64,000 nucleotides of DNA from Phaeosaccion multiseriatum (Eukaryota > Protista > Ochrophyta, other classes). Positions within the stretch are counted from its first letter, which is position 1. Each line of letters begins with the position of its first letter. The stretch lies in NCBI GenBank assembly GCA_965112735.1, contig OZ218961.1, positions 2,914,001-2,978,000 on the forward strand. Direction: 5' to 3'. A model generated the notes under the pieces. It was not told where the DNA came from and did not search any database. It saw only the letters and a list, made by a program, of their open reading frames with translations. Shown one piece after another: positions 1 through 11,884 of this stretch. The position numbers and the translations under genes are program-made.

Positions 1-38
1 TAATGACATCATTTATGCTGGGGCTTATGCCTTATCTT

Positions 39-535
39 TCGGCCCCGTGCACGCCTAGCGGCCTAGGCTCTAGGCCGCTAGGCCGCTCGGCCTTCGGCCG
101 AAATAGGCCTAGGCCGGCGGCCTCCGGCCGCTCTAGGCCGCTCACTTTTCAGCCCTAGGCGGTCTATAGCCCGCCTCTAGGCAGGCAGCCTCCCAGTGAC
201 CGTGGGCGCGTGCGTGGTGCCGCCCAGCCAGTGGGTAGCAGCACACCTGTAGGCCTGCACTCCTCGTAGGGCCAGCGAGGCGGAAAGAGACAACACGAAC
301 CAAGTCAAGTCTACTCCTCCCTTTTCCTTAACATTTGCTTAAAACTGACGACACTTGGGCGGGTTCCGGGCCAGCCCAGGGGCATATAGTTGGCGTCTCC
401 CCTAGGCCGCGGGCCTCCGGCCCCCGCCTAGGCCGCCGTCTAGGCGGTCTACAAATAGGCCGAGGGCCTACGGCCCTCGCTAGGCCGGGCAATTTTCCAA
501 AATAGGCCTAGGCCGCTAGGCGTGCACGGGGCCGA
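39..535. mobile_element. Non-autonomous DNA transposon (MITE), 30-bp TIRs, 7-bp TSD
   Basis: 39-68 TCGGCCCCGTGCACGCCTAGCGGCCTAGGC is the exact reverse complement of 506-535. TTATCTT flanks both ends (32-38, 536-542). Interior is rich in CCTAGGCCG repeats and has no ORF. Confidence 0.88.
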
Positions 536-921
536 TTATCTTGTTGGGGGGGGGGAGAGGAAGACCCAAAAGCGTCAAGGGCGAATGAGCTGAAACTGAA
601 ACTGAGATGGCGCCTTACAGCGAGCATTTCTGTATATAAATGCCGATTGGGAAGAGGAAGCGCCCGATCGAGGTCGATAACGACGATGAGGATGAGGACG
701 ATCAGCAGGAGCAAGAGGGGCAGGAGAAGGAGGGGGAGGGAGAGGTGAGAGACCGGAAAAAACGGAAAAAAATTCCCGCGCTGCTCTCCCTCTTGCTTTC
801 TCTCTCTCTGACGTTCTCCGTATTTTGCGCATGCTTTGTGCTTCTTATCGCTTCCCCTGCGTTCTGCCATCGCAACTCACAGCCTCGAGGAGGGAGAGCA
901 AGAAGGAAGAGCACGCAGGGA

Positions 922-1476
922 ATGGCATCGTTGAAAGATCTGTCCTCGTCCTCGTCCGACGAGAATGATAGTAGCGATGAGGACGACGAGGATATGGTGA
1001 GCAGCAGCGGTGGGAAGGGGGAAAAGGGTGCAGCAGCAGCAGCAGCAGCATCAGAAGAAGAAGAAGAAGAAGAAGCCGGGGGTGCCGCCGGCAAGGGTAG
1101 GAATAAGGGGAAGGGCAAGGGCAAGGCTAAGGCTGTGCCAAAAAAAGCCAACAACCGAAAAGGAATGGCCCCCCACTCTAAGACAAGTCTTACTCCAGCT
1201 CAAGTGCTCAAGGGCCTCCGAGGCCTCAAAGCAGAGATGCGAGCCAAGTCCGGAGCCACCGCGCCGACCATGCTGGAGCTAGGGCTGACGGGCACTGTGA
1301 AGGAGGTGAAGGAGATGACCAACTCCGCCGTGGCGCAGGAGATTGAGCGCGTCGCCGTGCAGGTGGTGCGGAGCATCCTCGCAGGCAAGGGCTTCTCATA
1401 CGAGGTAAGTCCGTTCGACAACTAGTGGTGGTAGTTGGTGAGAGTAGTAGTTGTCATGTCATGGTGGTGGTAGCAT

Positions 1477-1536
<60 letters not shown>

Positions 1537-1669
1537 GAGTAGTAGTAGTAGGAGTAGTAGTAGTAGGTAAGTAGTTGGAGTAGTAGGAGTAGTAGTCGTA
1601 GTAGTCGTAGTAGTAGTAAGAGGAGTAGTAATAGCACTAATGGTAGTAGTAGTAGTAGAAGCAGTAGTA

Positions 1670-1700
<31 letters not shown>

Positions 1701-3418
1701 GTATTAGTATTAGTAGTAGTAGGAGTAGTAGAAGAAGAGGTGGTGGTAGTAGTAGTAGTAGTGGTAGTAGTAGGCCTCTCCCTCTCTCCCTCCCTCCCCC
1801 CCTCCCCCCGTCCCCGTGCCGGCTCTGACGTGTCTGACTGCCTGACTGTCTGCCACTCAGGTGCCCACCCGCTCGTCCAGCAACCAACGCTACGTGCCCG
1901 AGGTTGATCGCATAGTGCTGGGCGACAAGGTGACCCACAGAACATTCATCAGCACAGCAGGGGTACGCAAGACCGCCATCACCACAAGAGTCATGCAGTG
2001 CGTACACGAGATCCTGCACAAGGGCATACACATCACCAAGGTGGGTACTTGGGTGGGTGCGTGCGTGCGTGCGTGCGTGTGTGGGTGCGTACGCTCCTGC
2101 CTCCACTCTGTTGCGGCTGCGGCTGCGGCTGCTGCGGCTGCTGCTGCTGCGGCTGCTGCTGCTGCTGCTTCTGCTTCTGCTTCTGCTTGCTACTGCTTGC
2201 TCCTGTAGATCGCCACTCCACAAGGCTGCTGCTGTTATCTTTTGTCTATATTCACTGGCTGTCCTTCCTTCCTTTCTTCCTTCCTTCCTTCCTTCCTTCC
2301 TTCCTTCCTTCCTTCCTTCCTTCCTTCCTTCCTTCCTTCCCTTTCCTTTTCCTTCTTTCTCTCTTCCTTCGTTTCGTTCTATCCTCCCTTTGCTCCTGTC
2401 CGTCCTCTCCCTGTCTGTACGAACGATAGCGAGACCTGTTCTACACGGACGTGAAGCTGTTCAAGGACCAAGGAGAGTCGGATGTCGTGCTCGATGACGT
2501 GGCGTGTATGGTAGGGTGTACAAGGAGTTGCCTCAACGTCGTTGCGTCAGATAAGGTGAGTGGTGGAGAAGAGGCAGGGAGGAGAAGGCGGGAAGGAGCG
2601 AGAGGGAGGGAGGGAGGGAAGGAGAGAGAGGGAGACAGAGGGCGTTTTGTTCACCATGGGATTATTGCATGGGGTGCCATCTGATTTACGCTTGTCTCTC
2701 TGTGTGTGTGCGCGCATGCGTGTGTGCGTACTACCGCCTCTCTTTCTCTCCCTCCTTCCCTCTCTCTCCCTCCCTCTCCAGGGCTTGGTGGTGGGGCGAG
2801 TGAGCTTTCGAGAAGACGGTGACTACATCGACTGTACACGGATGGGAGTGGGGGGTAAGGCCATTCCGCCTTACACAGACAAGATAACGGAGATACGGAG
2901 TGACGCGGACTTCATCTTACTTGTGGAGAAGGAGGCCGCGTACATGCGATTGGCGGAGGACAGATTTTACAACAAGTAGGTGGGAAGAGTGAGAGGAGGA
3001 GGAGGAGAAGGAGGAGGAGGAGGAGGAGGAGGAGGAGGAGGAGGAGGAGTAGGGGAAGAGGGATGGAGAGGAGGAGGGGGAGGAGGAGGAGGGGAAGAGG
3101 GAGGGGGAGGAGGAGGAGGAGGAGAAGGAGGAAGAGGGAGGGGGAAGGATGAGGAGGAGGATGAGGAGGAGGAGGAGGAGGAGCGGCGTGTAGCTACCTG
3201 TCGGTAGACGTTCCGTGGAGGGAGCTTAGTGCCAACCGGGCTATTGTCTCCTTCAGTATTGATCCGTCACCTCTTCTACTTTGTGTGCACCTTATTGGTG
3301 TCTCTCTCGGCAGGTTTCCGTGCATCGTCATTACTGCAAAAGGACAGCCAGTGAGTGCCATGGGCGGGTGACAGGGAGGGAGGGGTTCGACCAAGGATGC
3401 GGGAGGACACATGCACGC

Positions 3419-3470
<52 letters not shown>

Positions 3471-3946
3471 CACGCACCACACACACACGCAACACACACA
3501 CATAGATACACTTATACACACACACATCCATCCACCCACAATCTCACCCACCCACACACACGCTCACGCGCTCACGAACCAACCAACCCCCCACTCAACA
3601 GGATGTGGCCACACGCATGTTTCTGAAACGGCTGAAGAGCGAGCTGAACATCCCCGTGATGGGGCTCGTGGACTCTGACCCGTACGGCCTCAAGATCCTC
3701 TCTGTGTACATGAGCGGGTCCAAGAACATGAGTTACGACAGCGCCAGTCTCACCACCCCGGACATCAAGTGGCTGGGCGTGAGGCCTAGCGACCTGGCCA
3801 GGTATGTGGTAAAGGGTATAGAGTGTAGGGTAGGGTATGGCGTATAGGACATAGGGTATGGGGTATAGGGTATAGGGTATAGGGTAGGGTATATAGGGTA
3901 GGTTAGGCTAAATGGTACAACATACAGGCACTTGCCACACGCACCA

Positions 3947-3982
<36 letters not shown>

Positions 3983-4784
3983 CTTTTCTCTCTCACCCAC
4001 ATACTCTCTCACACTCTCCCTCTATTCCCCCCCGCCCCCTTCCGTGTGTGTGTGTGCGCGTGCGTATGAATTGGTGTGCTAGATACAATATCCCGGAGCA
4101 ATGTCGACTCGATATGACCGAGTACGATATCAAGACGGGCAAGGAGGTGCGTGGAGTGGAGCCACAGAGCAGGCAGGCGATGCATGTCTGTGCGGATAGC
4201 GTGTGGTCTCTTGTTGCGTCGTTTCATGTACAAGCGCTACATGTGGGAGAATGGAAGTAGACCCTGCTGCTGAAAGGGCTCAAGGGTGTGTCGAAAGCAG
4301 GGAGCTGAAGTCCCTCTGTCTCTCTGTGGCTCCAGTCCTCCTTTGCTTCTTGTGCCGGGCTCTGTGGCCCCTATCATTCAATGTCCGACCCTACCTCCGT
4401 TGACCCACACCTTGACCTTCGTTTGCGGCCCTTAACCTCCTTCCTTCCTTCCTTCCTTCCTTCCTTCCTTCCTTCCTTTCTGCCTTGCTTCTTTCCTTAC
4501 TTCCTCCCTTCCTTTCCTCCTCCCTCCCTCTCTCCCACCCACACTCCTGCCCACGCTTCCTCTTATCACTCTCCTTTGCCGCTATCATACTCTTACTCTC
4601 ACTCTCAATCGCTCAGCTGCTGGAGGAGGACTTTATAAAGAAGAACACGGCGTGGCACAAGGAGCTCGAGCTCATGATCAAGACCAAGAAGAAGGCCGAG
4701 ATTCAGGCCCTGTCCGCCTTTGGCTTTCAGTACCTCACTGAAGTGTACCTGCCACAAAAGCTCCGAGCCAATGACTGGATTTGA
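922..4784 (+). CDS. TOP6A: DNA topoisomerase VI subunit A (SPO11-3 type), 8 exons
   Basis: Exons ~922-1404, 1861-2040, 2430-2555, 2782-2975, 3314-3350, 3602-3801, 4083-4146, 4617-4784 splice in frame at GT-AG. Motifs: HITKRDLFYTD (catalytic Tyr), [32 protein letters not shown] (TOPRIM), KAEIQAL. Start codon is uncertain. Confidence 0.95.
1425..1772. repeat. Degenerate (GTA)n microsatellite, TOP6A intron 1
   Basis: GTA/GTG/GGA trinucleotide run. Confidence 0.9.
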
Positions 4785-5628
4785 ATGATTCGGGCTCTCA
4801 CTAACTCACTCACTCACTCCCTCGGGCTGCTGCTTGAGCCAGGGGCGGATCGACCCCCCTTTGCTTTTCGAGATGGACATGGAGAGAGGGAAGTGGCGAG
4901 ATTCAAATGCGTAAGAAAGAGAATGATGCTTTGGGGTGTAATGACAAAGAAATAAGAGTGTCATTCGTTATCAGCGATGGATGGATTGGGAGCACAGTGA
5001 GGGAGTGTACAATGCGCGGCGCTACTTCCAGCGTGTGGTCGAAAGGATCCGCCCTCCTCTTTGGATGCTTCACGCACCCGCTCCCGGTGGGTCTCTCTCT
5101 GCGGCGGCGGCGGCGGCGGCTGCTGCTGCTGCTACTGCCTCCTCTTAGCTTGTGTGGAGAAGCAAGCGATTCACTTGCCACACATGCACGCAACGCCCGG
5201 CTCCGTCCCACCATGTCGAGCCAGGCTCTCGCTGTTTGCTGTTTCGGTCGCAAATACGAGGTGTTCGCAGCTTTGCTTCCTCCCCTGGCGGGCAGGGGAA
5301 GAATGCTTCCTTCTCTATCCGCAATGAGCGCCACGGCCACCGCCGCGGCGGCTGCTGTTGCTGTAGAGCCGCCCTTCACTTCAATTCTGGCGTGGCCCCA
5401 CCAATCTCTCCGTCGATCCGAAAGAGGGCGTCAGCTTCAGATCGTGGACGAGATGAACGGGAGCAAAAGGTTCCCGTCGAACTCTCCACCCGCTGACAGA
5501 CTACTCGGTGCCCTCCCCCAAACACCGCCACACGTCCTCCATCCTCCACGCTGCCGTCCTTGCCCGACCCCATCACCATCTCACTCCAGGTATCACACCA
5601 AATGTACACAAGTGTTTTATCCGCCTTC

Positions 5629-6119
5629 CTATCGTCTGTTCCCTCTATCCGCTAGGGCCTTGTTGACTACGGTCATCGTGTCCATGTAGCGGTCCATACA
5701 CAGCGCCGCACAGCTCTGCTCGGAGCTGCTCAGCTTGTCTCCGCCTGACGAGGGCTTGGCGCACTTCTTGAAGCACAGCCCTGTCATGTCCTTCACCAAG
5801 GCCTGCATTTGCTGCTGGGCGAGCTCCTGCTGCACCTATTGTTGTAGTTTCGGCAAAGCAAGGAGGGCAGATATCCGCCAACGGGATTATTCAATGAGAT
5901 CTTTTGGGGGAAAGCACCGCCATCTCTACGCCTTGCTTTTGCGCCCTAGCTCCCTTCATCTGTGCCCCACACGCTGAAGATGGGCTGCAGCTGCTGGGAC
6001 TGCTTCATGCCTTCCCCATGGAACGGGCGGCGCTGCTCCCCTAGTCTCTCCCCACACAATGCACTCACCCTCTGCATGACCAGCGCTTGCTGCTCCGGCG
6101 GTATATTGTTCGGATCCAT
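5629..6119 (-). CDS. TIM13: Mitochondrial small TIM chaperone Tim13
   Basis: Exon 6119-6069 (MDPNNIPPEQQALVMQR, donor GTGAGT) joins exon 5835-5629 (VQQELAQQQMQ...CFKKC...CAALCMDRYMD), giving a twin CX3C motif. A probable 5'UTR intron has its donor near 6256. Confidence 0.9.
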
Positions 6120-6522
6120 CTTGACCGTCTCCTGCCTCGCAATACAGCACGGTGTGCCGCTCCTCTACTCTACTCTTACAACTAGACAGCCAGGGAAAAA
6201 GACAGGAGAGGAAGGAGGAAAGGGGGAGATGAATCGATATGGATATGTTTACTTACGTAAGGGTATCCATATGCCTCCATCGTTCGTTACGATGCCCTCT
6301 TCCCTCTGCAAGTTGCTTCTTCTGTATTGTGAACCCTCTCCACCTCTCTTGCTTGTAGCTCTAGAAGAGAGTGAACAGCCTGTTAAGATTCTTGGTGAGC
6401 GATGGCTGTCTCTTCCGTGTAGAGGCGGCGCCAGCAGAGACGAAGCAAAGTGACCAAGCTTTCTTTCTTGGACGCGAAAAAGACCGCTTTCCTTCCCGGC
6501 CGTGCTCCCGAGGCAGAGCACC

Positions 6523-7959
6523 ATGCTGGGTGGAGTGGTTAGGCAAGGCGGGGCGAGAGCCGGGGTTCGAAGAGGAGCTCTCTCCATGATGAGCCAATGG
6601 AGTGGACTGGCGGGCAGGAGGAGCAGCAGCAGCAGCAGCAGCAGCAACGGAAGGGACCTGGAGGAGACAACGGTTGCGGGCGCTAACCTCCACTGCAGCA
6701 AGAATCGCTCTCCCGCCCTGTCTAGCACGCGGCGATGGAAGTCAATGGTCGCCCCCATGCGCTCCGCCAGCCCTGCGACACTGGGCCTCCCGGCACACAA
6801 GCGGGAGCGGGTTCAGCAGCAAGTCCAGGCATTGGACCTTGAGCCTCCAGTGGTCAGCCTCAAGGCCCTCAAGGAGGCCCTTGTCCGGATAGCAGAGACA
6901 GGGAGAAGGTCAAAGCAGGGTGGGATCGTTTCGGGATGGGGAGGGGCTAGCCCCCCGCTCTGGGGCAAGGAGCAGGAGTGGGATGTGCGCGAATTACTCA
7001 GGTGGGACGCGGCGTCGCCCTCGATTAAAAAGGAAGCTCTCGTCTCGCCACGATGGATGGCTCGTCCTAACGCCCCCCCTTCCCCACCCCAACGTACACA
7101 ACGCAGGCATATCGTCCTGTCTCCCTCCGAGCTCGAGCGCTTCTCCGTCGCAGACCCTTCGAAACGTGAGTTACCGAGAGTATTGGAGGAAGGGAAGGTC
7201 AGCGAGGTGCGCTTGGCCTGTTGCCTGTTCTCCATGCCCCCCCCCCCCCCCCCCTCTCGACCCGTGTGCTGCTGTGATGCACTTCGTCACGACCCTTCGT
7301 CCCACGCCACCCCCCTTCCCCCGCAACCGACGACACACACAACACACCGCGACACAGAGTACACGCGGAACGTAGTGGCGTATCACGAGCTGTTTACGGT
7401 GCTGTGCCTGTCGTGGAAGCCGGGCATCGAGTCCATGATCCACAACCACCCTTCTGCAGGCTGTTGGATCAAGACGCTGGAGGGGGGCATTGTAGAGACA
7501 ATGTACGAGGAAGTCGTGCCATCATGCACGAGGGAGGCGAGCAGTGGTGGCAGCGTTGGCACACGACCGCTTCAGCCTCGTCTGGTCCAGACGAAGGAGC
7601 TGCATCACCGGTATGTATGGATGCTTGCTTGCGTCGCTTCGTCCGGCTTGGTCCCGCCCTGCTTGCCTTGCCTCTGCCGAGTGGTGCCGTTTGCGGCACT
7701 ACACTAACCAAATTGCTCACTCCATCCATCCATCCATCCATCCATCCCGATGCAATGTACCGATGTACACAACAGGGAGGGCGAGGTGAGCTACATTGAT
7801 GACTCCATGGGCTACCACAAGGTCAGCAACAGCTCCAACGTGCGCAGGGCAGTGACGCTGCATGTGTACTCGCCGGCCTTCGAGGAGTGCCAGACCTGGC
7901 GGGACACTGACAGCACCCCAGAGCTGTCCAGCATGGCGTGCGACAATGTCTTTGTGTGA
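6523..7959 (+). CDS. CDO1: Cysteine dioxygenase (cupin) with long N-terminal extension
   Basis: Exons ~6523-7001, 7107-7165, 7358-7610, 7776-7959. Motifs YTRN, IHNHPSAGC (HxH plus cross-link Cys), GYHKVSN and TLHVYSP match CDO hallmark motifs. Confidence 0.88.
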
Positions 7960-8833
7960 CGAGACGAACGACGTTACTGAGGAATGCTGAGACGCCGTCA
8001 TCCCCACAGAACAAATGTCGTTCCATGTGTAAAGAGTCACACTTTTCCGACGACGCTAGGGGCGGACGAGAGGGGTGGAGGGCAGGGGAGGACTTGGATG
8101 GTGGAGAGCCAGTCAAGTCGATTTTGGACCTCACAGTTAATCCACTCTCTTGCTACGGAGTGTAAATAGGGGCGAGACAATGGTCAAGCACCAGTTTAGT
8201 GTGTACATAGAGAGGGAGGGGGGGGAAGTAGAAATCATTTTTCAGAAACACAACCCGGGTTGTCGACTATTTTTTATATATGTAAGAGAGACCAGAGATC
8301 CGATCCCCCTGAACAGTTTGAAGTTTAAAGAGGCTCGTCCTTCCCCACCCCCCGTGGGCCCCAGAAGAGACACAATAACTCCCCCCCTTGGCTGTTTGCT
8401 TGTCTAGCCCGTGGCCGACATCAACACAGAGCTGCGGGTGCGCCCATCCTCCAAAGACTTGAGACTCGTCGTCGTGGGTTATTGAATGAATCGTTGCATT
8501 TTTATGTAGCATTGTCTCCGGGTAACTCTTGTGTATGTACGTATCTACATGTGTGTATTGGTTGCCCCACTTGTCTCTACCAAAAGTGGGACCCCTTTTA
8601 TGCGCTCCGTCTAGCGATGTCTCTCTCTCTCTCTAATCTTCTCCGGTCTCTCTAAGGTTTACCCGGGACCTGCTATTTGTCACTGTAGTTTCAAAACTGT
8701 TTCCAAGTCTATTGCCTGGGGGGGGGCGGAAGGCTTCAAGGCTGGTAGCCTGGCACGTCTGCTGCGCCCCACGGATGAGTTTGGACCAACCTCTGGGCCC
8801 AACATTGTCGTCCACCGACACACAGACAGACAC

Positions 8834-9904
8834 TCAACTGTTGATGAAGTCGACAAGGATTTCCTTGTCACTGACCTCGAACAGGGCTTCCCTCAGAAAG
8901 TCCTCAATGAGTAGCGTCTTCATGGCAAGGTAGTGGTGATCGAGACACCTCCACAAGCGCTGATGTGACCTGACCCTCCGCCACGCTTCTGTGCTCTTCT
9001 TCCCATCAGTTAGCCGCTCCGCCAGCGCCTTAATTTGGCTGAAGCGAATCCAGCGGCTCGACGTTTGTCCATAGCAGCAAGTCACCACCTGAAATTGGGC
9101 GTGGCCGCGTTCCACAACCCGAAACCCCCCCAAGCCCCAGGCCACCTCATCCTGGCCGTCGAATGTGCGAGTGGCGAGCATGCAGGAAGGGTTTAATGCC
9201 CGGAACAGGACCTTGTCCTCCTCGTCACCGCACATTGAGGAAGCACTGGAGCTGGTGCTTCGGCTGCCTCCTCCGCTCTCGCTCCCCCTGCGGCTTCCGC
9301 TCTCGCTCTCGCTCCCGCTGCTGCTTCCGCTGCTGCTGCTGCTGTTGTCCCTGCTGCTCCTACTGCCATCACTGTATGTTTCCTCGTCCACTCTGCCCAA
9401 CCCCGAGGTGAACGGAGAAGGAGCTAAGACGCCCCGTTTGCCTTCGCCCTCGCCGCTGGTGCTGGTGCTGCTATTCATGCTTCCTTCACCAAACATCACT
9501 TCCTCCACTCTGCCCAACCCCGAGGTAAACGGAGAAGGAGCATAGATCCCCCCCCTCCTTTGCATGGCCCAGTCTTCCCCCCCCCCGCAGTCCTCGCCTC
9601 TGTCGTCATCAAAGTCATCGCTGAAGAAGCCGTAACCCTCATCCTCTGAGTCCTCCTGCTCTTGACCAAGCACTCCCCACACAACAGGAGCACACCCCGG
9701 CTGATCCACCTGCCACTCATCCTCCGCCGTCTCCTCATTATTCCCTGCTGCGCCCTGGCTGCGCAGCCCTGAGTCCATTGAGGTAGACTCTATCTGACAC
9801 AGCCCGAGCGGAAGGCGGCTTCGTGATCGTTTGTTGGATGTTCTGAGGGGCTGCTCCGTCGCAGAAGCAGAAGGGCGCAGTTGAGCCCGCGATACACCCA
9901 CCAT
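8834..9904 (-). CDS. Hypothetical intronless protein, acidic/Ser-rich with C-terminal PX-like domain
   Basis: 356-aa ORF. The C-terminus (FRVVERGHAQFQVV...RWIRFSQIKALAERL...LIEDFLREAL) resembles a PX fold. Internal duplicated peptide APSPFTSGLGRV. Confidence 0.6.
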   Translation of the reverse strand: MVGVSRAQLRPSASATEQPLRTSNKRSRSRLPLGLCQIESTSMDSGLRSQGAAGNNEETAEDEWQVDQPGCAPVVWGVLGQEQEDSEDEGYGFFSDDFDDDRGEDCGGGEDWAMQRRGGIYAPSPFTSGLGRVEEVMFGEGSMNSSTSTSGEGEGKRGVLAPSPFTSGLGRVDEETYSDGSRSSRDNSSSSSGSSSGSESESGSRRGSESGGGSRSTSSSASSMCGDEEDKVLFRALNPSCMLATRTFDGQDEVAWGLGGFRVVERGHAQFQVVTCCYGQTSSRWIRFSQIKALAERLTDGKKSTEAWRRVRSHQRLWRCLDHHYLAMKTLLIEDFLREALFEVSDKEILVDFINS

Positions 9905-10099
9905 ATTGCTTTTATTAGCTACACGGCAAATGCTTGTAGTTGTTTTACTTGTGCGCTGTCATATGAGGTAAGAGAGGTATGATGGGGGATGACCATACTA
10001 AGTTTCCAACGTAAAAAACGTACTTTGGATGTAAGAGTAAAATGGAGAGCAACTAGATTACGATTCGATTGCTTTGGGGGGAAAAAAGGGTCACCTCGT

Positions 10100-11110
10100 C
10101 ACCTGGGCTTCTGGGCCATAGTCCCCTCCAGGCTTCGGGCTTCTGGCCGCAGGCCAGCGGTCTGGGCCAGGCTTCTCAGGGGGGCTCAGGAGGGGGGGGG
10201 GGGAGATTATGCAGGCTTCTGGCCGCAGGCCAGCCCCGGCCTTCTTGCTTTCGGCCGCAGGCCGCCTCAGCAGGCTTCTGCTTATCGGGGGCCAGACCTA
10301 TCTGATTACTGATTACGGCCGGCGCAGCCGGCCTGATTACTGATTATGGCGCCAGCCCGAGGAAATGGTCAGCGCCAGCCGGCCTGGTTCCTCCTCTTTC
10401 TTCCAGCCAGCCTGATTACTGATTATGCGCCAGCCGGGGGCTGATTACGAGAGGGAGGGAGGGAGGGAGGGAGGGAGGGAGGGAGGGAGGGACGGTTAGA
10501 CTATCTGATTACTGATTACGGCTGGCGCAGCCGGCCTGATTACTGATTATGGCGCCAGCCCGAGGAAATGGCCAGCGCCAGCCGGCCTGGTTCCTCCTCT
10601 TTCTTCCAGCCAGCCTGATTACTGATTATGCGCCAGCCGGGGGCTGATTACGAGAGGGAGGGAGGGAGGGAGGGAGGGAGGGAGGGAGGGAGGGAGGGAG
10701 GGAGGGAGGGAGGGAGGGAGGGAGGGAGGGAGGGAGGAAGAGAGGGAGGGAGAGAGGGAGGGGGAGGGAGGGAGGAAGAGAGGGAGGGAGGGAGGGAGGG
10801 AGGGAGGGAGGGAGGGAGGGAGGGAAGGAGGGAGGGAGGGAGGGAGGGAGGGACGGTTAGACTATCTGATTACTGATTACGGCCGGCGCAGTCGGCCTGA
10901 TTACTGATTATGACCGGCGCCAGCCGGCCTGGTTGCTTACAGCTGGTGACCAGCCGGCCTGAGTACTGATTATGCGCCAGCCGGGGGCTGATTACTGAGT
11001 ACGGCCGGCGCACACCGTAATCTTGTCCAGGGTCGATAGGCCTAGGCCGGGGGCCTGCGGCCCCCCTAGGCCGGCCGAATTTCGTCTCTAGGCATAGGCT
11101 TCTAGGCCAG
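10100..11110. repeat. Complex intergenic repeat: GGCTTCTGGCCGCAGGCC repeats, ~200-bp tandem units with CTGATTA 7-mers and (GGGA)n, plus a MITE-related remnant
   Basis: Units start near 10295, 10499 and 10860. CTGATTACTGATTA recurs many times. 11037-11077 resembles 401-438 of the MITE. Confidence 0.8.
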
Positions 11111-11884
11111 TCTGGAGCCGAAACTACTGGCGCCGCACTTGCCTCTCTGTCTTGGCCCTGCCTCTTACGAACACATTGCCACCTTTAGAAGTCGGAAGTA
11201 AGGGACCTTCAATTCTCACCCCTCCTCTTCCCGTCCCTCCTGGGGCGCTTCAGCGCTCTGCCAGCTCGAGACTTGGCACCCGAGACTAGTGCCACGTCGT
11301 CGTTCTCCTCTTGCCCTCTATCTCCTTCGTCTGATTGTTTGGCCTCTCCTTCGTCCACCGGTACGCCTGTTCCCTCCTCCTCCTGCGTCGCCTCCAGCAT
11401 CGACCGACTGTCTTCGCCTCCTTCTTTCTTTGCTCATGACGCTCTCGGCCCATCGTCCACTCGCAGCCATCATCGTGGCCGGCCATTGCAATGGGGGCAA
11501 CGCTGTAGCCGGAACAGCAGCGGCAGCAGAGGCCATGAGCAGGCGGTGTAGGAGAGCTTTGAAATCTGGGGAATGTACTGTACCATTCGTAAGTACGTCA
11601 CGTAAGGGAAGGTGGGTGTCTGTCCGCTGGGGAAATGCCCCCCCCCCCCCTCGCCCCCCCCCCCCCCCTTTTCCACTTTCCAGAGGTGCGTGTGACATTC
11701 TGCTTCCAGAGTAGCCATAGGTAAGGGAGGCACAATAGAACCTCAAACAACCTGTATCCTTCAGAGTTTGCGGCAAAACCGATTAGCTGTCCGTTCACCC
11801 GGGTTTTACTCTTACCGGGCCCACGGTCGGGGTAGCATCGTCCAGGGGTCGAGGGAATGTTTTATTTTAGTCTTGCCAGGGGTG

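Noticed and set aside
640-921. Upstream in-frame extension of TOP6A
   Set aside because: Low-complexity, UTR-like sequence. The ATG at 922 is more plausible, but this is not proven.
4903-5689. Overlapping ORFs of 158-260 aa between TOP6A and TIM13
   Set aside because: No recognisable domain. GC-rich convergent 3' region where chance ORFs are common.
11209-11800. Cluster of short ORFs
   Set aside because: Frames are interrupted by stops and no coherent gene model or homology is evident.
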